Shown here one piece after another: positions 62,401 to 64,000 of a DNA stretch of 64,000 bases. A program made the translations under genes and the position numbers. Every line of letters begins with the position of its first letter. The first letter of the stretch is position 1. Source of the stretch: Eledone cirrhosa (lineage: Eukaryota); NCBI GenBank assembly GCA_964016885.1, contig OZ024744.1:64914001-64978000 (forward strand), written 5' to 3'. The notes below the pieces were generated by a model that had not been told where the DNA came from, ran no database searches, and worked only from the letters and a program-made list of their open reading frames with translations.

Positions 62401-64000
62401 ATTGTTGTTGATAGTGGTGATAGTGGTGTAGTTGGTGTTGTTGTGGTGGTGGTGGTAGTGTTATTGTTGTTGATAGTGGTGATAGTGGTGTAGTTGATGT
62501 TGTTGTTGTGATGATGCTGGTGGTGGTAGTGTTATTGTTGTTGTTGTGGTGGTGGTGGTGGTGTTATTGTTGTTGATAGTGGTGATAGTGGTGTAGTTGA
62601 TGTTGTTGTTGTGGTGGTGGTGGTAGTATTATTGTTGTTGATAGTGGTGATAGTGGTGTAGTTGATGTTGTTGTTGTGGTGATGGTGGTGGTGGTAGTGT
62701 TATTGTTGTTGTGGTGGTGGTGGTGGTAGTGTTATTGTTGTTGATAGTGGTGATAGTGGTGTAGTTGATGTTGTGGTGGTGGTGGTGGTGGTAGTGTTAT
62801 TGTTGTTGATAGTGGTGATAGTTGTGTAGTTGATGTTGTTGTTGTTGTGGTGGTGGTGGTGGTAGTGTTATTTTTGTTGATAGTGGTGATAGTGGTGTAG
62901 TTGATGTTGTTGTTGTTGTGGTGGTGGTAGTGTTATGGTTGTTGATAGTGGTGATAGTGGTGTAGTTGATGTTGTTGTTGTTGTGGTGGTGTTGGAAGGG
63001 TTATTGTTGTTGATAGTGGTGATAGTGGTGTAGTTGTTGTTGTTGTTGTTGTGGTGGTGGTCGTGGTGATAGTGTTATTTTTGTTGATAGTGGTGATAGT
63101 GGTGTAGTTGATGTTGTTGTTGTTGTGGTGGTGGTAGTGTTATTGTTGTTGATAGTGGTGATAGTGGTGTAGTTGATGTTGTTGTTGTTGTGGTGGTGGT
63201 GGTAGTGTTATTGTTGTTGATAGTGGTGATAGTGGTCTAGTTGATGTTGTTGTTGTGGTGGTGGTAGTAGTGCTATTGTTGTTGATAGTGGTGATAGTGG
63301 TGTAGTTGATGTTGTTGTTGTGGTGGTGGTGGTGGTAGTGTTATTGTTGTTGATAGTGGTGATAGTGGTGTAGTTGATGTTGTTGTTGTTGTGGTGGTGG
63401 TGGTAGTGTTATTGTTGTTGATAGTGGTGATAGTGGTGTAGTTGATGTTGTTGTTGTGGTGGTGGTGGTGGTAGTAGTGTTACTGTTGTTGATAGTGGTG
63501 ATAGTGGTGTAGTTGATGTTGTTGTTGTGGTGGCGGTTGTGGTGGTAGTGTTAATGTTGTTGATAGTGGTGTAGTTGGTGTTGTTGTTGTTGTGGTGGTG
63601 GTGGTAGTGTTATTGTTGTTGATAGTGGTGATAGTGGTGTAGTTGTTGTTGTGGTGGTGGTGGTGGTGGTGGTGTTATTGTTGTTGATAGTGGTGATAGT
63701 GGTGTAGTTGATGTTGTTGTTGTGGTGGTGGTGGTGGTAGTGTTATTGTTGTTGATAGTGGTGTAGTTGTAGTTGATGTTGTTGTGGTGGTGGTGGTGGT
63801 GGTGGTGGTGTTATTGTTGTTCATAGTGGTGATAGTGGTGTAGTTGTTGTTGTGGTGGTGGTGGTGGTAGTGTTATTGTTGTTGATAGTGGTGATAGTGG
63901 TGTAGTTGATGTTGTTGTGGTGGTGGTGGTGGTGGTAGTGTTATTGTTGTTGATAGTGGTGTAGTTGTAGTTGATGTTGTTGTGGTGGTGGTGGTGGTGG
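56450..64000. repeat. Satellite phase 2: about 60-75 bp units with variable (GTT)n and (GGT)n tracts; runs off the window
   Basis: Unit GGTAGTGTTATTGTTGTTGATAGTGGTGATAGTGGTGTAGTTGAT(GTT)nGT(GGT)n. Confidence 0.97.

Noticed and set aside
45080-64000. Telomeric array or CRISPR-like repeat-spacer array
   Set aside because: No TTAGGG-type units; the variable parts are microsatellite length variants rather than unique spacers; no cas genes and the context is eukaryotic.

Overview
AT-rich eukaryotic (animal) DNA made almost entirely of repeats. The repeat content (RTE LINEs with (TGA)n tails, tRNA-headed SINEs, long (AT)n and (CATA)n tracts) suggests a cephalopod or other mollusc, but that is inference. 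No host gene is confidently identified; there is one candidate exon at 281-440. Bases 1-44.9 kb hold: three large RTE LINE copies (APE-RT plus an embedded PHD-like finger), two of them fused tail-to-tail; many RTE fragments; an apparently intact two-ORF Tx1/L1-clade element (31243-37273, minus) inserted in an (AAT)n tract among R4/Dong-like RLE element remnants; a CRE-like fragment; two SINE families; and piggyBac-type and Tc1/mariner-type MITEs. Bases 45.1-64 kb are a two-phase G/T-rich satellite. The most notable signal, invisible in the ORF track, is seven sequence-diverse type I hammerhead ribozyme motifs (six with an intact core, one decayed) with palindromic stem III, as in Penelope-like elements and retrozymes. 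In two of them an inverted duplication begins at or next to the predicted cleavage site. All folds and alignments were done by eye.
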